Sequence record: OR670491.1
Direction: 5' to 3' (one strand)
Length of the DNA stretch: 64,000 nt
Part shown: positions 10,246-27,467 of the stretch, one piece after another
How the letters are laid out: every line of letters begins with the position of its first letter
How positions within the stretch are numbered: the stretch's first letter is position 1
Program-made: the position numbers and the translations under genes
Notes under the pieces: generated by a model
Database searches by the model: none
What the model was told of the DNA's origin: nothing
Seen by the model: the letters and a program-made list of their open reading frames with translations, nothing else

Positions 10246-12564
10246 ATGATCAACGTAACCAAGCGTAATGGAACAAAAGAACCATTAGATTTGGATAAAA
10301 TCCATCAGATTTTATTTTTTGCTGCTGAAGGTCTTAGCGGTATTTCTGTATCAGAAATTGAAATTCGTGCACAGCTTCAATTCTACGAAGGAATCGAAAC
10401 TAAAGAAATCCATGACATTTTGATTAAATCAGCTTCTGAGCTAATTACTGAGGAAACTCCAAACTACCAATATGTTGCTGGTCGCCTGTTGAACTATAGC
10501 ATCCGTAAGCAAGTGTATGGTGATTACGAGCCAATCAAATATTCAGCACATGTTCAGGAAATGGTTGACATTGAAATCTATGATGCTGAGATTCTAGAAA
10601 AGTATACTCTTCAAGAAATTGAAGAACTTGGTAAGTACATCAAACATAAGCGTGATGATAAATTCACTTATGTTGCAATGCGTCAATGGGAAGGGAAATA
10701 CCTTTACAAAAACCGTGTAACCAAAAAAATCTACGAAACTCCACAGATGGCATATATGACTATTGCAGCAATCATCTTTATGGAGTATGATCGTTCAATT
10801 CGTATGTCTTACGTTAAGAAGTTCTATGATGCAGTAAGTAACTTTGACCTAAGCCTACCAACTCCAATCATGGCAGGACTACGCACAAATACGCGTCAGT
10901 TTAGCTCATGTGTAGTACTGAACGTTGGTGATAGCCTAGACAGCATTGGTTCCTCTAACCATGCCATTCTTCGTTATATCTCCCGTAAAGCAGGTCTAGG
11001 TGTCAACATGGGTCGTATCCGTGCACTTGACTCTGAGATCCGTGGTGGTGATGCAGTGCATACTGGTTTGATTCCATTCATTGCTGGTGTTGCTAAAACA
11101 GTTAAAAGCTGTTCACAAGGTGGTGTTCGTGGTGGTGCAGCAACTGTACACTTCCCGTTATGGCATCTTGAATTTGATAGCCTAATTGTACTGAAGAACA
11201 ACAAAGGTACTGAGTTCAACCGTGTGCGTCAATTGGACTATTGTTTCCAAGTGAATAAAACACTATATCAACGTTTAGTTGATGGTAAGAACATCACCTT
11301 CTTTAGTCCTAATGAAGTTCCAGGGCTATATGAAGCATTCTGTTCTAACCAAAAAGAATTCGAACGTCTATACAAAAAATACGAAGCTGACCCAGCAATT
11401 CGTAAAATCAGTAAACCAGCAGTTGAAGTGTTCTCTACACTAATGACTGAACGTTCTGAAACTGGTCGCATTTATATTCAAAACATCGATCATGCAAACA
11501 CTCACTCAACATTCGATGAGAGTATTGCACCAATCGAACAATCCAACCTTTGTCAAGAAATCGCATTGCCATCTGTGCCATTCGATGACATTAACACTGG
11601 TGACGGACTGATTAGCCTATGTACACTAAGTGCAATTAACTGGGGTAACTTTGATAAGCCAGAAGATATGGAAACTGCATGTGATCTATCCATCCGTGCT
11701 CTTGACTCCTTGTTGGATTACCAAGACTATCCAGTAGTACATGCTGACCGTGCTACCAATCTATATCGCCCACTAGGTGTAGGTATCATTAACTTCGCAT
11801 ACTTCCTAGCTAAACGTGGATTGAAGTACAATGAGCAAGCACTTGAAACTGTAAACACTTGGGCTGAAGCATGGTCTTATTACTTGCTTAAATCCTCTGT
11901 TCAGTTAGCAAAAGAAAAAGGTCGTTGTGAAGGGTTTGAAAACCTAAAATATGCTAAAGGTATTCTACCAATCGATACATATAAATCAGATATTGATGAA
12001 CTAGTAGGTACTGAATTAAAACAAGATTGGGAATCTCTACGTGCTGATATCAAAACTTACGGTATCCGTAACGCTACAACTATGGCACTAATGCCAGCAG
12101 AAACCAGTGCACAGATTAGTAACAGTACTAACGGTATTGAGAAACCTCGTTCACTAGTATCTACTAAACTATCTAAAGATGGTATCTTGCGTCAAGTAGT
12201 TCCAGAGATTCATAAGTTGAAAAACAAATATGATTTACTATGGGATCAAAAAGATAACATTGGTTATCTACAAATTTGTGGTGTACTACAAAAATACATT
12301 GACCAAAGTATTAGTGTGAATACCAGCTACAACCCAGCACATAGTCCTGATGGTAAAATCTCTATGACTACACTTCTAACTGAAGTCATGTATGCATATA
12401 AAGTTGGTTTGAAAAACTTGTATTATCACAATACAAATGATGGTTCAGATGAAATTGATGTTGATAAAGCACTAAAAGATGCATCAACTAAAGAGAACAA
12501 CGGTCTAGTACTTCCTGACCTATCAGGTGAAGACCTAGATGGTTGTGATAGCTGCAAGATCTAA
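10246..12564 (+). CDS. nrdA: class Ia ribonucleotide reductase alpha subunit
   Basis: N-terminal ATP cone (VTKRNG), FSSC, SNLCQEI, LCTLSA, C-terminal CDSCKI. Confidence 0.97.
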   Translation: MINVTKRNGTKEPLDLDKIHQILFFAAEGLSGISVSEIEIRAQLQFYEGIETKEIHDILIKSASELITEETPNYQYVAGRLLNYSIRKQVYGDYEPIKYSAHVQEMVDIEIYDAEILEKYTLQEIEELGKYIKHKRDDKFTYVAMRQWEGKYLYKNRVTKKIYETPQMAYMTIAAIIFMEYDRSIRMSYVKKFYDAVSNFDLSLPTPIMAGLRTNTRQFSSCVVLNVGDSLDSIGSSNHAILRYISRKAGLGVNMGRIRALDSEIRGGDAVHTGLIPFIAGVAKTVKSCSQGGVRGGAATVHFPLWHLEFDSLIVLKNNKGTEFNRVRQLDYCFQVNKTLYQRLVDGKNITFFSPNEVPGLYEAFCSNQKEFERLYKKYEADPAIRKISKPAVEVFSTLMTERSETGRIYIQNIDHANTHSTFDESIAPIEQSNLCQEIALPSVPFDDINTGDGLISLCTLSAINWGNFDKPEDMETACDLSIRALDSLLDYQDYPVVHADRATNLYRPLGVGIINFAYFLAKRGLKYNEQALETVNTWAEAWSYYLLKSSVQLAKEKGRCEGFENLKYAKGILPIDTYKSDIDELVGTELKQDWESLRADIKTYGIRNATTMALMPAETSAQISNSTNGIEKPRSLVSTKLSKDGILRQVVPEIHKLKNKYDLLWDQKDNIGYLQICGVLQKYIDQSISVNTSYNPAHSPDGKISMTTLLTEVMYAYKVGLKNLYYHNTNDGSDEIDVDKALKDASTKENNGLVLPDLSGEDLDGCDSCKI

Positions 12565-12575
12565 TAATTATAATT

Positions 12576-12600
12576 AATCCCACTTCGGTGGGATTTTTCT
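12576..12600 (+). terminator. intrinsic terminator
   Basis: AATCCCAC-TTCG-GTGGGATT-TTT. Confidence 0.85.
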
Positions 12601-12615
12601 TAAAGTGGAGATATA

Positions 12616-13389
12616 ATGAAAATTGATTATCACAATCCAATCCCATTAGATTTCATTGAGGAATTTTGGGACGAGCTTGACATAGATCTTATTGCAAGGT
12701 ATCAAAAATTACCGGAAGATTTCATAAAGAAACATTTTGATAAAATGAATCCTAATATGTTAGTTCGATATCAAACAATGACTACCGATTTTATTAAAGA
12801 AAAATGGGAATGGTTTGATAAAAACGTAATTGCAACGTATGTGGTTATGCCATTGGAATTGATAATGGAAAAGTGGGATGATTTTAAAGGTAATTTTCTT
12901 GATACCGTTGCGAAATATCAAACAATGACTGTGGATTTCATTAAAGAAAAATGGAATGACCTTACTGAATTTTCCGATGGTGTAATGTCAGAAATATCCA
13001 GATATCAAAAATTAACTCTTGACTTCATACAAGAAAAATGGGATTATATTGATAAAAATTATATCTCTTATTATCAAACACTAACAGTTGATTTTATAAA
13101 AGAAAATTTAGCTGCATTAAATGTCGCTGCCGTATCCGCATTCCAAATTATGGAAGACGATGTTCGAGCTATGCTAGGATTAAATTCACCTGCTGAAACG
13201 ATCACAGGAAAACAAATTCTTGCTTTTGATCCGTGTGCTGATGGGATGGCACGATATCATGCACATACGCCAGATGACAACACTGTACTGACGTGGAATG
13301 AACTTTTAGAAAAACATTTAGGTACACAAGCTGGCATCAGTGACATTCACTGGTTGTCGTATAAATTGGGTCATAAAATTAATACATAA
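12616..13389 (+). CDS. tryptophan-repeat (YQxL/MxxDFIxEKW) protein
   Basis: About 7 imperfect 23-29-aa repeats plus a C-terminal FDPCADG domain; inserted between nrdA and nrdB. Confidence 0.7.
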   Translation: MKIDYHNPIPLDFIEEFWDELDIDLIARYQKLPEDFIKKHFDKMNPNMLVRYQTMTTDFIKEKWEWFDKNVIATYVVMPLELIMEKWDDFKGNFLDTVAKYQTMTVDFIKEKWNDLTEFSDGVMSEISRYQKLTLDFIQEKWDYIDKNYISYYQTLTVDFIKENLAALNVAAVSAFQIMEDDVRAMLGLNSPAETITGKQILAFDPCADGMARYHAHTPDDNTVLTWNELLEKHLGTQAGISDIHWLSYKLGHKINT

Positions 13390-13398
13390 GGAAATGTA

Positions 13399-14523
13399 AT
13401 GTCCGTATTTAAAATTAACGAAAAATCGCATCTAGAAAAAAATATGTTCTTTGATGAAAGTGTTGACATTCAACGCTTTGAGAGTGTAAAGTACTCTGCA
13501 CTTGAAAAACTCACTGAGCAACAGAAAAGCTTTTTCTGGACTCCAGGTGAAGTAGACGTTTCGAAAGATAAGATTGACTTTGCATCTCTTTCTGTAGCTG
13601 AGAAGCATATCTTTACATCTAACCTAAAACGTCAAATCCTTCTAGATTCAGTACAAGGACGTGGCCCGAATCTAATGCTACTTCCATATGCGTCACTGCC
13701 TGAACTAGAAAACTTTATTGAGACTTGGGCTTTCTTTGAAGGTGCAATTCACAGTAAATCATATACACATATTATTCGTAACATCTATCCTAATCCTTCT
13801 GAAGTATTTGATACTATGTTGGACATTCCAGAGATTACTTCATGTGCTGCTGATGTATCTAAGTATTATGATTCTCTAGATGAACTAGGAACTCTATACA
13901 AATTGTTAGGTGAAGGTACACATACTATCAATGGTAAAGAAGTTATTGTTGATATGTACGAACTTAAAAAGCGTATGTGGTTGTGCCTGAACAGTATCAA
14001 CATCCTTGAGGGTGTACGATTCTATGCGAGCTTTGCATGTTCATGGGCGTTTGCTGAAAATAAACTAATGGAAGGTAATGCTAAAATCATCCGTCTAATC
14101 TGTCGTGATGAGAACCTTCACTTAGCAGCAACACAAATGATCTTGCGTTTGCTCAAGAAAGAAGATCCAGATTTTGCTAAACTTGCAGAAGAATGTGCAG
14201 ATGAAGTTCAAGACATGTTTATGCAAGCAATCAAACAAGAAGAAGAGTGGGCTGACTTCCTATTCAAAGATGGCTCCATTATCGGTTTGAACGCAGAAAT
14301 CCTTAAACAGTATGTACGTTATATCGGTGCTAAACGTATGAATGCGTTAGGTATTAAACCTCCATTCACTGTATCTAAACATAACCCTATCCCTTGGACT
14401 GAACACTGGGTTAGTGGTGGTTCTGTACAGGTAGCTCCACAAGAAACTGAAATCAGTTCTTACATCATCGGTGGTATTGTGAATGATGTAACTGAAGGTG
14501 CATTTGCACCATTCAAACTATAA
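13399..14523 (+). CDS. nrdB: class Ia ribonucleotide reductase beta subunit
   Basis: FFWTPGEV, LLDSVQGRGP, EGAIHSKSY, EGVRFYASF and RDENLH di-iron motifs. Confidence 0.97.
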   Translation: MSVFKINEKSHLEKNMFFDESVDIQRFESVKYSALEKLTEQQKSFFWTPGEVDVSKDKIDFASLSVAEKHIFTSNLKRQILLDSVQGRGPNLMLLPYASLPELENFIETWAFFEGAIHSKSYTHIIRNIYPNPSEVFDTMLDIPEITSCAADVSKYYDSLDELGTLYKLLGEGTHTINGKEVIVDMYELKKRMWLCLNSINILEGVRFYASFACSWAFAENKLMEGNAKIIRLICRDENLHLAATQMILRLLKKEDPDFAKLAEECADEVQDMFMQAIKQEEEWADFLFKDGSIIGLNAEILKQYVRYIGAKRMNALGIKPPFTVSKHNPIPWTEHWVSGGSVQVAPQETEISSYIIGGIVNDVTEGAFAPFKL

Positions 14524-14531
14524 GATTAAAC

Positions 14532-14555
14532 GAGGGATTCACATGAATCCCTTTA
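14532..14555 (+). terminator. intrinsic terminator
   Basis: AGGGATTC-ACAT-GAATCCCT-TT. Confidence 0.7.
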
Positions 14556-14570
14556 CTATGGATTAAGAAT

Positions 14571-14756
14571 ATGAAAGATATTTTCACGATAGATCCTGGC
14601 GTTGTCTATGACTTCTATCTCGTTGGTGGACTTAAGGTTTCTGGTCCAGTTATCCAAGCTGCCCCAAATGGTCTAGTACTGATTGATGGCACACACATTG
14701 TTCAAGAGCACATCATTATGTTTAAACCGCAATATGATGAAAATTCTGGACAATAA
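14571..14756 (+). CDS. small Sm/Hfq-like protein (putative)
   Basis: YLVGGLKVSG aligns with Hfq YLVNGIKLQG; QEHIIMFKP aligns with YKHAISTVVP. Confidence 0.45.
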   Translation: MKDIFTIDPGVVYDFYLVGGLKVSGPVIQAAPNGLVLIDGTHIVQEHIIMFKPQYDENSGQ

Positions 14757-14784
14757 CAAGCACTGTGATATAATTATTTTGTAA

Positions 14785-15036
<252 letters not shown>

Positions 15037-15048
15037 GAGGATATAATA

Positions 15049-16172
<1,124 letters not shown>

Positions 16173-16173
16173 T

Positions 16174-16206
16174 AAAAAAAGGGAGCAACATAAGTTTGCT
16201 CCCTTT
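16174..16206. terminator. bidirectional intrinsic terminator
   Basis: A-run/GGGAGCAA-loop-TTGCTCCC/T-run between convergent genes. Confidence 0.85.
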
Positions 16207-16211
16207 ATAGT

Positions 16212-16883
<672 letters not shown>

Positions 16884-16890
16884 TTATTAA

Positions 16891-17562
<672 letters not shown>

Positions 17563-17564
17563 TT

Positions 17565-17615
<51 letters not shown>

Positions 17616-17703
17616 TTGTTAATCTCCAATCTTATTGTTATTTTTATAAAGTATTTACCTAAATTTATTAAATTTTGATAGTTAATAGGAGGCGAAGTAT
17701 TAT

Positions 17704-19022
<1,319 letters not shown>

Positions 19023-19044
19023 CACATAATCAGTTGAGGGAACA

Positions 19045-20385
19045 ATGACTAAACTTAAGCTTACGGATAAGCAACAATCAATTTTTGATCACTTTATAGA
19101 TCGTGTACACAACTTCCCAGGAAAAACCGAAGCAGTACTAGCTGCTCCAGCAGGGACAGGTAAAACGTTCACGACTGCGGAGATTGTTAAGGCTTTATGT
19201 AAGAATTACAATATCGCTGTAACATCTCCAACACATAAAGCCAACGCTGTAATTAGAGAAATGCTAATTAACAATGCTGGTCTAACCAAAGAAGATGCAC
19301 AGGTCAGTACTATTCACTCTTTTCTAGGATTGAAACTAGTCTATGAAAAGAACCGTCAAGTACTGAAACATGACCCACAAAGTAAAGTAAGTAATACTAA
19401 CGTTGATATTCTAATTGTTGACGAATGTAGTATGATTTCTGAAGAACTATTTCAGCATATCAAAGATCAGTTGTGGCGTGTTCGTAGGGCTGTTTTGTTC
19501 ATTGGGGATAGATGCCAGTTGCCACCAGTTGAAGCTGAGGGTACGCTAGGAGAAACAAAACTATCACCGTCCTTTGATGTTAGTACACAATACGAATTGA
19601 CAGAAGTTCTTCGTCAAGCATTGGATAACCCGATTCTTGCAATTGCTACTTCTATTCGTGAATGCATCGGAACTTCTAAGAACCCGTTTGATATTATGCA
19701 TCAAACCTACGGTCTTAGTACTATCACTCCAATTGAAGATGAAGACTTATTTCTTGAAGTCTATCGTGAATTCATTATGGAGAACAAAGGTTCTGCGAAG
19801 AAAATCTTTGAGTTCGTGAATGATAACAAAATCTTGGCATACACTAACTACAGAGTAAACCTTGCTAATATCTTCATTCGCAGCCAACTATTTGAAGTAC
19901 CAGAAGAATTCACCAAAGGTGAACCGATTGTATTTGAGAGTATTACAGAGAACAGTCCATACGTTGTCCAGCAGATCATTCAATGTCCTGAAGTGAAGCC
20001 TGAGAGTTTTATGGGTATTGAATGCTGGCAATTCAGACTCCCTAATGGTAGTTACATTTTGGGTGTTGGACCAGAGACACGTATTGCAATGGAAGCAAAA
20101 CTTGATGAGTTAGTGAAAAACATCGAGAAGAAAGAAAAAAATCCATTGACGCAGAAACCATACATGTGGCAAGATTACTATGTAATTAAAAACAAATTAC
20201 ATATTATCAACTATCCATATGCAACAACTGTTCATAAGTCTCAAGGAAGTACGTTTGATAACATTTGGTTTGATCCTGACTTCATTGAACGTATTGGAAG
20301 TAATGACACTAAGTGTCGTATCCTTTACACTGCAATGACCAGACCACGTTACAACGTTATGCTAAGACAAAACGCTAGATTCTAA
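19045..20385 (+). CDS. dda: Dda/RecD-like SF1B helicase
   Basis: APAGTGKT, VDECSM, GDRCQLPPV, LTEVLRQ, YATTVHKSQGSTF and LYTAMTR motifs. Confidence 0.92.
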   Translation: MTKLKLTDKQQSIFDHFIDRVHNFPGKTEAVLAAPAGTGKTFTTAEIVKALCKNYNIAVTSPTHKANAVIREMLINNAGLTKEDAQVSTIHSFLGLKLVYEKNRQVLKHDPQSKVSNTNVDILIVDECSMISEELFQHIKDQLWRVRRAVLFIGDRCQLPPVEAEGTLGETKLSPSFDVSTQYELTEVLRQALDNPILAIATSIRECIGTSKNPFDIMHQTYGLSTITPIEDEDLFLEVYREFIMENKGSAKKIFEFVNDNKILAYTNYRVNLANIFIRSQLFEVPEEFTKGEPIVFESITENSPYVVQQIIQCPEVKPESFMGIECWQFRLPNGSYILGVGPETRIAMEAKLDELVKNIEKKEKNPLTQKPYMWQDYYVIKNKLHIINYPYATTVHKSQGSTFDNIWFDPDFIERIGSNDTKCRILYTAMTRPRYNVMLRQNARF

Positions 20386-20466
20386 TCACACAATTTATAT
20401 ACACAAATAAATTTGATTTTTAATAATAAATAATCAAAAGTGTTTTGTATTATGGAGAAATATACA

Positions 20467-21033
20467 ATGAACAATTTACTACACATGTTCCAGATTGACG
20501 TAGCAGGTACGAACCTAGACAACATCCCTTACTACAAGTATGAGGACTATGATTCATCTTCCCCTACTACTGCACCAACCGACCAACAAACTATTGATAA
20601 GTCCGTGGCACTACTACGTTACTTACAAGTAACACGTTTGCTATCCACCTATTCTGTACCAGTTTACTACACAATTGAGTTTGCAACCCCAGGAACTGCA
20701 AAGACAATTCCTACTGGTGCAACCCTAAAAGTTGGTTACATTAGCTATGAGCCATTCCTAAGCACTCTAAGTGAAGAAGAATTAGATGCTCTAAACACCG
20801 AAGATCTTAAAACTGCAAAAGCAGCCGAGATCATCAAGGAACTAATCAACAATTCACTAAAAGGTGACGGTACTAATTCTATTGAGAATGAACAAATCAC
20901 TGTACAAAAAACCATCCAACGTGTTAACAACGCACTGGATCGTACCAATGTTGATTTCATTGAACTAGAAAACGTGTACCTAAACGTACCTTCTGTTGCT
21001 GATGCAAGTACTGTAGCTTACATCAAACTATAA
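20467..21033 (+). CDS. hypothetical protein (late, possibly structural)
   Basis: GGAG RBS, AATAAATA box, highly expressed codon usage. Confidence 0.7.
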   Translation: MNNLLHMFQIDVAGTNLDNIPYYKYEDYDSSSPTTAPTDQQTIDKSVALLRYLQVTRLLSTYSVPVYYTIEFATPGTAKTIPTGATLKVGYISYEPFLSTLSEEELDALNTEDLKTAKAAEIIKELINNSLKGDGTNSIENEQITVQKTIQRVNNALDRTNVDFIELENVYLNVPSVADASTVAYIKL

Positions 21034-21055
21034 TTTTTTACATGGAGTTCTTGAC

Positions 21056-21250
21056 ATGACTGACAAAACCTTTTATGATCGTATTATTGAAGACAAGGGT
21101 GTGTTTGATAAAGTAATCTATGATTTGGAACTAATGATCAAAGATTCCCCTAACCCACGAATGCGTACACAGGCTGAGTTTGCAAAAACTTACTTAGTTC
21201 AAGTTCAAGCAATTTGTGAAGCGATTAAAAAACATAACGATGGTGCTTGA
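21056..21250 (+). CDS. hypothetical protein
   Basis: GGAG RBS. Confidence 0.65.
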   Translation: MTDKTFYDRIIEDKGVFDKVIYDLELMIKDSPNPRMRTQAEFAKTYLVQVQAICEAIKKHNDGA

Positions 21251-21275
21251 CATTACCACCATCAAAATATATAAT
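21247..21275 (+). promoter_or_regulatory. sigma70-like promoter
   Basis: TTGACA-17 nt-TATAAT. Confidence 0.8.
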
Positions 21276-21319
21276 TATTACCGTAACGAACATTATAAAA
21301 CATTGGAGCTTTTTATTAC

Positions 21320-22379
<1,060 letters not shown>

Positions 22380-22392
22380 AAAATAATTTACT

Positions 22393-24559
<2,167 letters not shown>

Positions 24560-24560
<1 letters not shown>

Positions 24561-25348
24561 TGCCAAGTAAGAGCAAAAGTCAAGCTAAATTCATGGCGGC
24601 GGCCGCCCACAATCCTGAGTTTGCAAAGAAAGCTGGGATTTCCCAGGATGCAGCAAAGGAGTGGAACAATGCTGACGAGAAAGAAGGTAATTTGAAGAAA
24701 GGTTCCAAGTTGCCTAACAAGGTAAAAGAATCCAGTATGCGTGGTTTGGTTGATATCATTCAAGATGCAGAAATTTCTCAAGACATTGAAGAAACATGTG
24801 ATACAATGGTTGAACCTGAAGATAAAGAAACACTAGAAGAAATGCCACAACGTTTTGATAGTTTCCAAGGACAAGACCGTGATGAGTTCGTTGATAAAAC
24901 TGCTGAACTCACTGGTAAACACAACATGGTTCCATTTGCAAAGCATAAAGATTTTGATGTTATGATGAGTAAAAACGGAACGGGCTTTATTGCTTATGAT
25001 AAGAAAGGTAAGCAGTTGGGTATTGTCAGTGGTCATCTATCTAATGATGCAGTGGTTGGTGTTCGACAAGTGTTTGAGATTGCAGCAACAGCATCTAAAA
25101 CAGGAACAAAAGGTATCATCTACAATATCTTTATGGATATGGTAGCAAATGGTATCGCAGTACTAAGCGACAGCTTACATACTGATGACGCAATTAAATT
25201 CTGGACACGACTAATCGGGTCACATCAGGTTTATATTGTGGGTGGTGGCGAAGTTCTCGCCAAAGCAACTCCAGAGAAAGTACACAAGTACTGGAGTGAT
25301 GATGAAAACAGCCCAAGTGCTGAACTACAATTACTATTAGTAAAATAA
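24560..25348 (+). CDS. putative virion protein with MPSKS leader and GNAT-like C-terminus
   Basis: MPSKSKSQAKFMAAAAHNPEFAKKAGI motif; VLSDSLHTDDAIKFW pattern. Confidence 0.55.
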
Positions 25349-25351
25349 ATT

Positions 25352-25385
25352 ATATCGGGGCATTATATGCCTCGATATTTTTTTG
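25352..25385 (+). terminator. intrinsic terminator
   Basis: ATATCGGGGCAT-TAT-ATGCCTCGATAT-TTTTT. Confidence 0.75.
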
Positions 25386-25449
25386 GAACAACAAAAACGT
25401 CAATGATATAATTTGATGAGACAAAGAGACATTGAAAAAAGGAATTATA

Positions 25450-27414
25450 ATGGCTAAGAAAGAAAGTGCAGTTCTTCAAGAACATGACGTACAACGATTG
25501 AATGACTACCAACATGCTCGACTACGTACAGAGATGTATCTTGGCTCTCGCTCTATCCACGAAAGTCAAGTACTGATTTTTGGTGAAAACGGATATGCTG
25601 TTAAAAATGTAGAATGGGTTCCGGCTATTCTTACTGCAACCCGTGAAATCATTGATAATAGCCTTGACGAATTCAAGAAAGCTGGTACTAAAGAACCAGT
25701 TCTTCGTGTCGAGTTTGATGAAGAAAACCTGTCATTCGAAATTAGTGATAATGGTCGTGGTATTCCTATTGACTACGTTCCTGAGTATCAGAAAAACCTT
25801 TGCACAATGGTAATGACTGAAACTAAAACTGGTCGTAACTTTGACGATTCTAAACGTGATGAAACTATCGGACAGAACGGTCTAGGTGGTTCAGTAGCGA
25901 TGATTGTTAGTTCTAAAGCTGAACTGGAAATTCATCGTCAGGGTCGCCCTTATAAAACACAGACCAGCAATGACCAATATGATGGTTTCTATAAGTACAA
26001 CCAGAAGTTTGAAGAAGGAACTATTATGTTCCCTGAGCTTCATGTACATGAACCAACCATTCGTAAGGTACAAACTGACAAAACTGGTACTACTATTCGA
26101 TTCACTCTAAGTACTGAAGTATTCCCGAATCGTGTATTACCAACAGAATTACTTTTTAGTATTCTAAAAGAAATGGCAGCAGCGAACCCTACGTACAAGA
26201 TTTTCCTTAATGGTAAACGTATGACTATCAAGGGTAGTACTGAAAAAGCACTGTTCAATGCATCTAAGCTGATGACCCTTAATGTTAAGGATGAGTCATT
26301 CAACTTTAACAGTACTTTCTACATTGTACCGAATGCTGTTTCCGACATGAACACAAACTTCCATATGCATGGTCTTGTGAACAACGCCCCTGCATTTGAT
26401 GGTGGTACACATCTTGACACGTTCAAGAAGTTCTTCTCGTTGGGTGTTGGTTCTGCTCTGGAGAAAGAAGCCAAGAAGCGTCGTATGAAGCCTAACCGTT
26501 CTGACATTGAAGAAGGTTTGCTAATCTATAACGTAACAACAATGAAAGCACCATCATTCAACTCACAGATTAAATCTAAACTAACAAACGAAAACGTTAT
26601 TCGTCCAATTCAACAAGCGATGAGTACTGAATGGTTTGATGAATTAGTTAAGAAGAACAAAGAATGGGTTGATGAAATCTTTGAACGTTGTGCAGCACGT
26701 ACCAACAAGAAAGATGCAGAAGAAGATCGCCGTCTTGCCAAAAAACTACTAAAAGGTAAAGTTGCAAAACTACTGGATAGTACTGGTGTTGACCGTAGTA
26801 ACTGTATTCTGTTGATTGCTGAGGGTGATTCTGCTATTTCAAACATGGCAAGTGCTCGTGATCCTAAAGTTCATGGTATTCTACCTTTACGTGGTAAAAT
26901 CATGAACGTAAGTGGTTCTGAGAAAACAAAAGAACTTATGGATTCTATGGCATTGCATGATATAATGGCGAGCATCAACTTGATCCCTGGTGTGAAAGCT
27001 GAACGTGCAGACCTTAACTACGGTAAGCTTTATATCTGTGCGGACGAAGATGAGGATGGTAAAAACATTGGTGCATTGGTTTGTAACTTCCTATACAAGT
27101 TCTGGCCTGAACTGTTCCAAGATCCAGAGAACCCATTTGTTTATGTGTTCAAAACACCATTCATCATTCTAGAGAAAGGTAAAGAATCCAAGTACTTCTA
27201 TGGTCATGATGTTGACCAGTACAATCCAGATGACTGGAAAGGCTGGAAAGCAACGCGTGCGAAAGGTCTTGGTACACTAGAGAAAGCAAACTTCCGTGAT
27301 GCTTTCACAAACAGTGTTGCAGTAGCAATCACCGATGATGGACGCTTAGGTGAAACACTGGATTTGATTTTCAACAAGAAACGTGCAGACGACCGCAAAG
27401 CTTGGATGGAATAA
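25450..27414 (+). CDS. type II DNA topoisomerase ATPase/TOPRIM subunit (GyrB/ParE; T4 gp39+60-like)
   Basis: EIIDNSLDE, DNGRGIP, GQNGLGGS, AEGDSA, PLRGKIMN, DEDEDG and KGLG motifs. Confidence 0.95.
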   Translation: MAKKESAVLQEHDVQRLNDYQHARLRTEMYLGSRSIHESQVLIFGENGYAVKNVEWVPAILTATREIIDNSLDEFKKAGTKEPVLRVEFDEENLSFEISDNGRGIPIDYVPEYQKNLCTMVMTETKTGRNFDDSKRDETIGQNGLGGSVAMIVSSKAELEIHRQGRPYKTQTSNDQYDGFYKYNQKFEEGTIMFPELHVHEPTIRKVQTDKTGTTIRFTLSTEVFPNRVLPTELLFSILKEMAAANPTYKIFLNGKRMTIKGSTEKALFNASKLMTLNVKDESFNFNSTFYIVPNAVSDMNTNFHMHGLVNNAPAFDGGTHLDTFKKFFSLGVGSALEKEAKKRRMKPNRSDIEEGLLIYNVTTMKAPSFNSQIKSKLTNENVIRPIQQAMSTEWFDELVKKNKEWVDEIFERCAARTNKKDAEEDRRLAKKLLKGKVAKLLDSTGVDRSNCILLIAEGDSAISNMASARDPKVHGILPLRGKIMNVSGSEKTKELMDSMALHDIMASINLIPGVKAERADLNYGKLYICADEDEDGKNIGALVCNFLYKFWPELFQDPENPFVYVFKTPFIILEKGKESKYFYGHDVDQYNPDDWKGWKATRAKGLGTLEKANFRDAFTNSVAVAITDDGRLGETLDLIFNKKRADDRKAWME

Positions 27415-27467
27415 TATAGATTTTAGGGAGTGCAGGGTGTACTCCCTCATTACAAAGAGACAATGGA

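Noticed and set aside
10246-14523. Group I introns or inteins in nrdA/nrdB
   Set aside because: Both ORFs are continuous and of normal length, with no splice-junction motifs.
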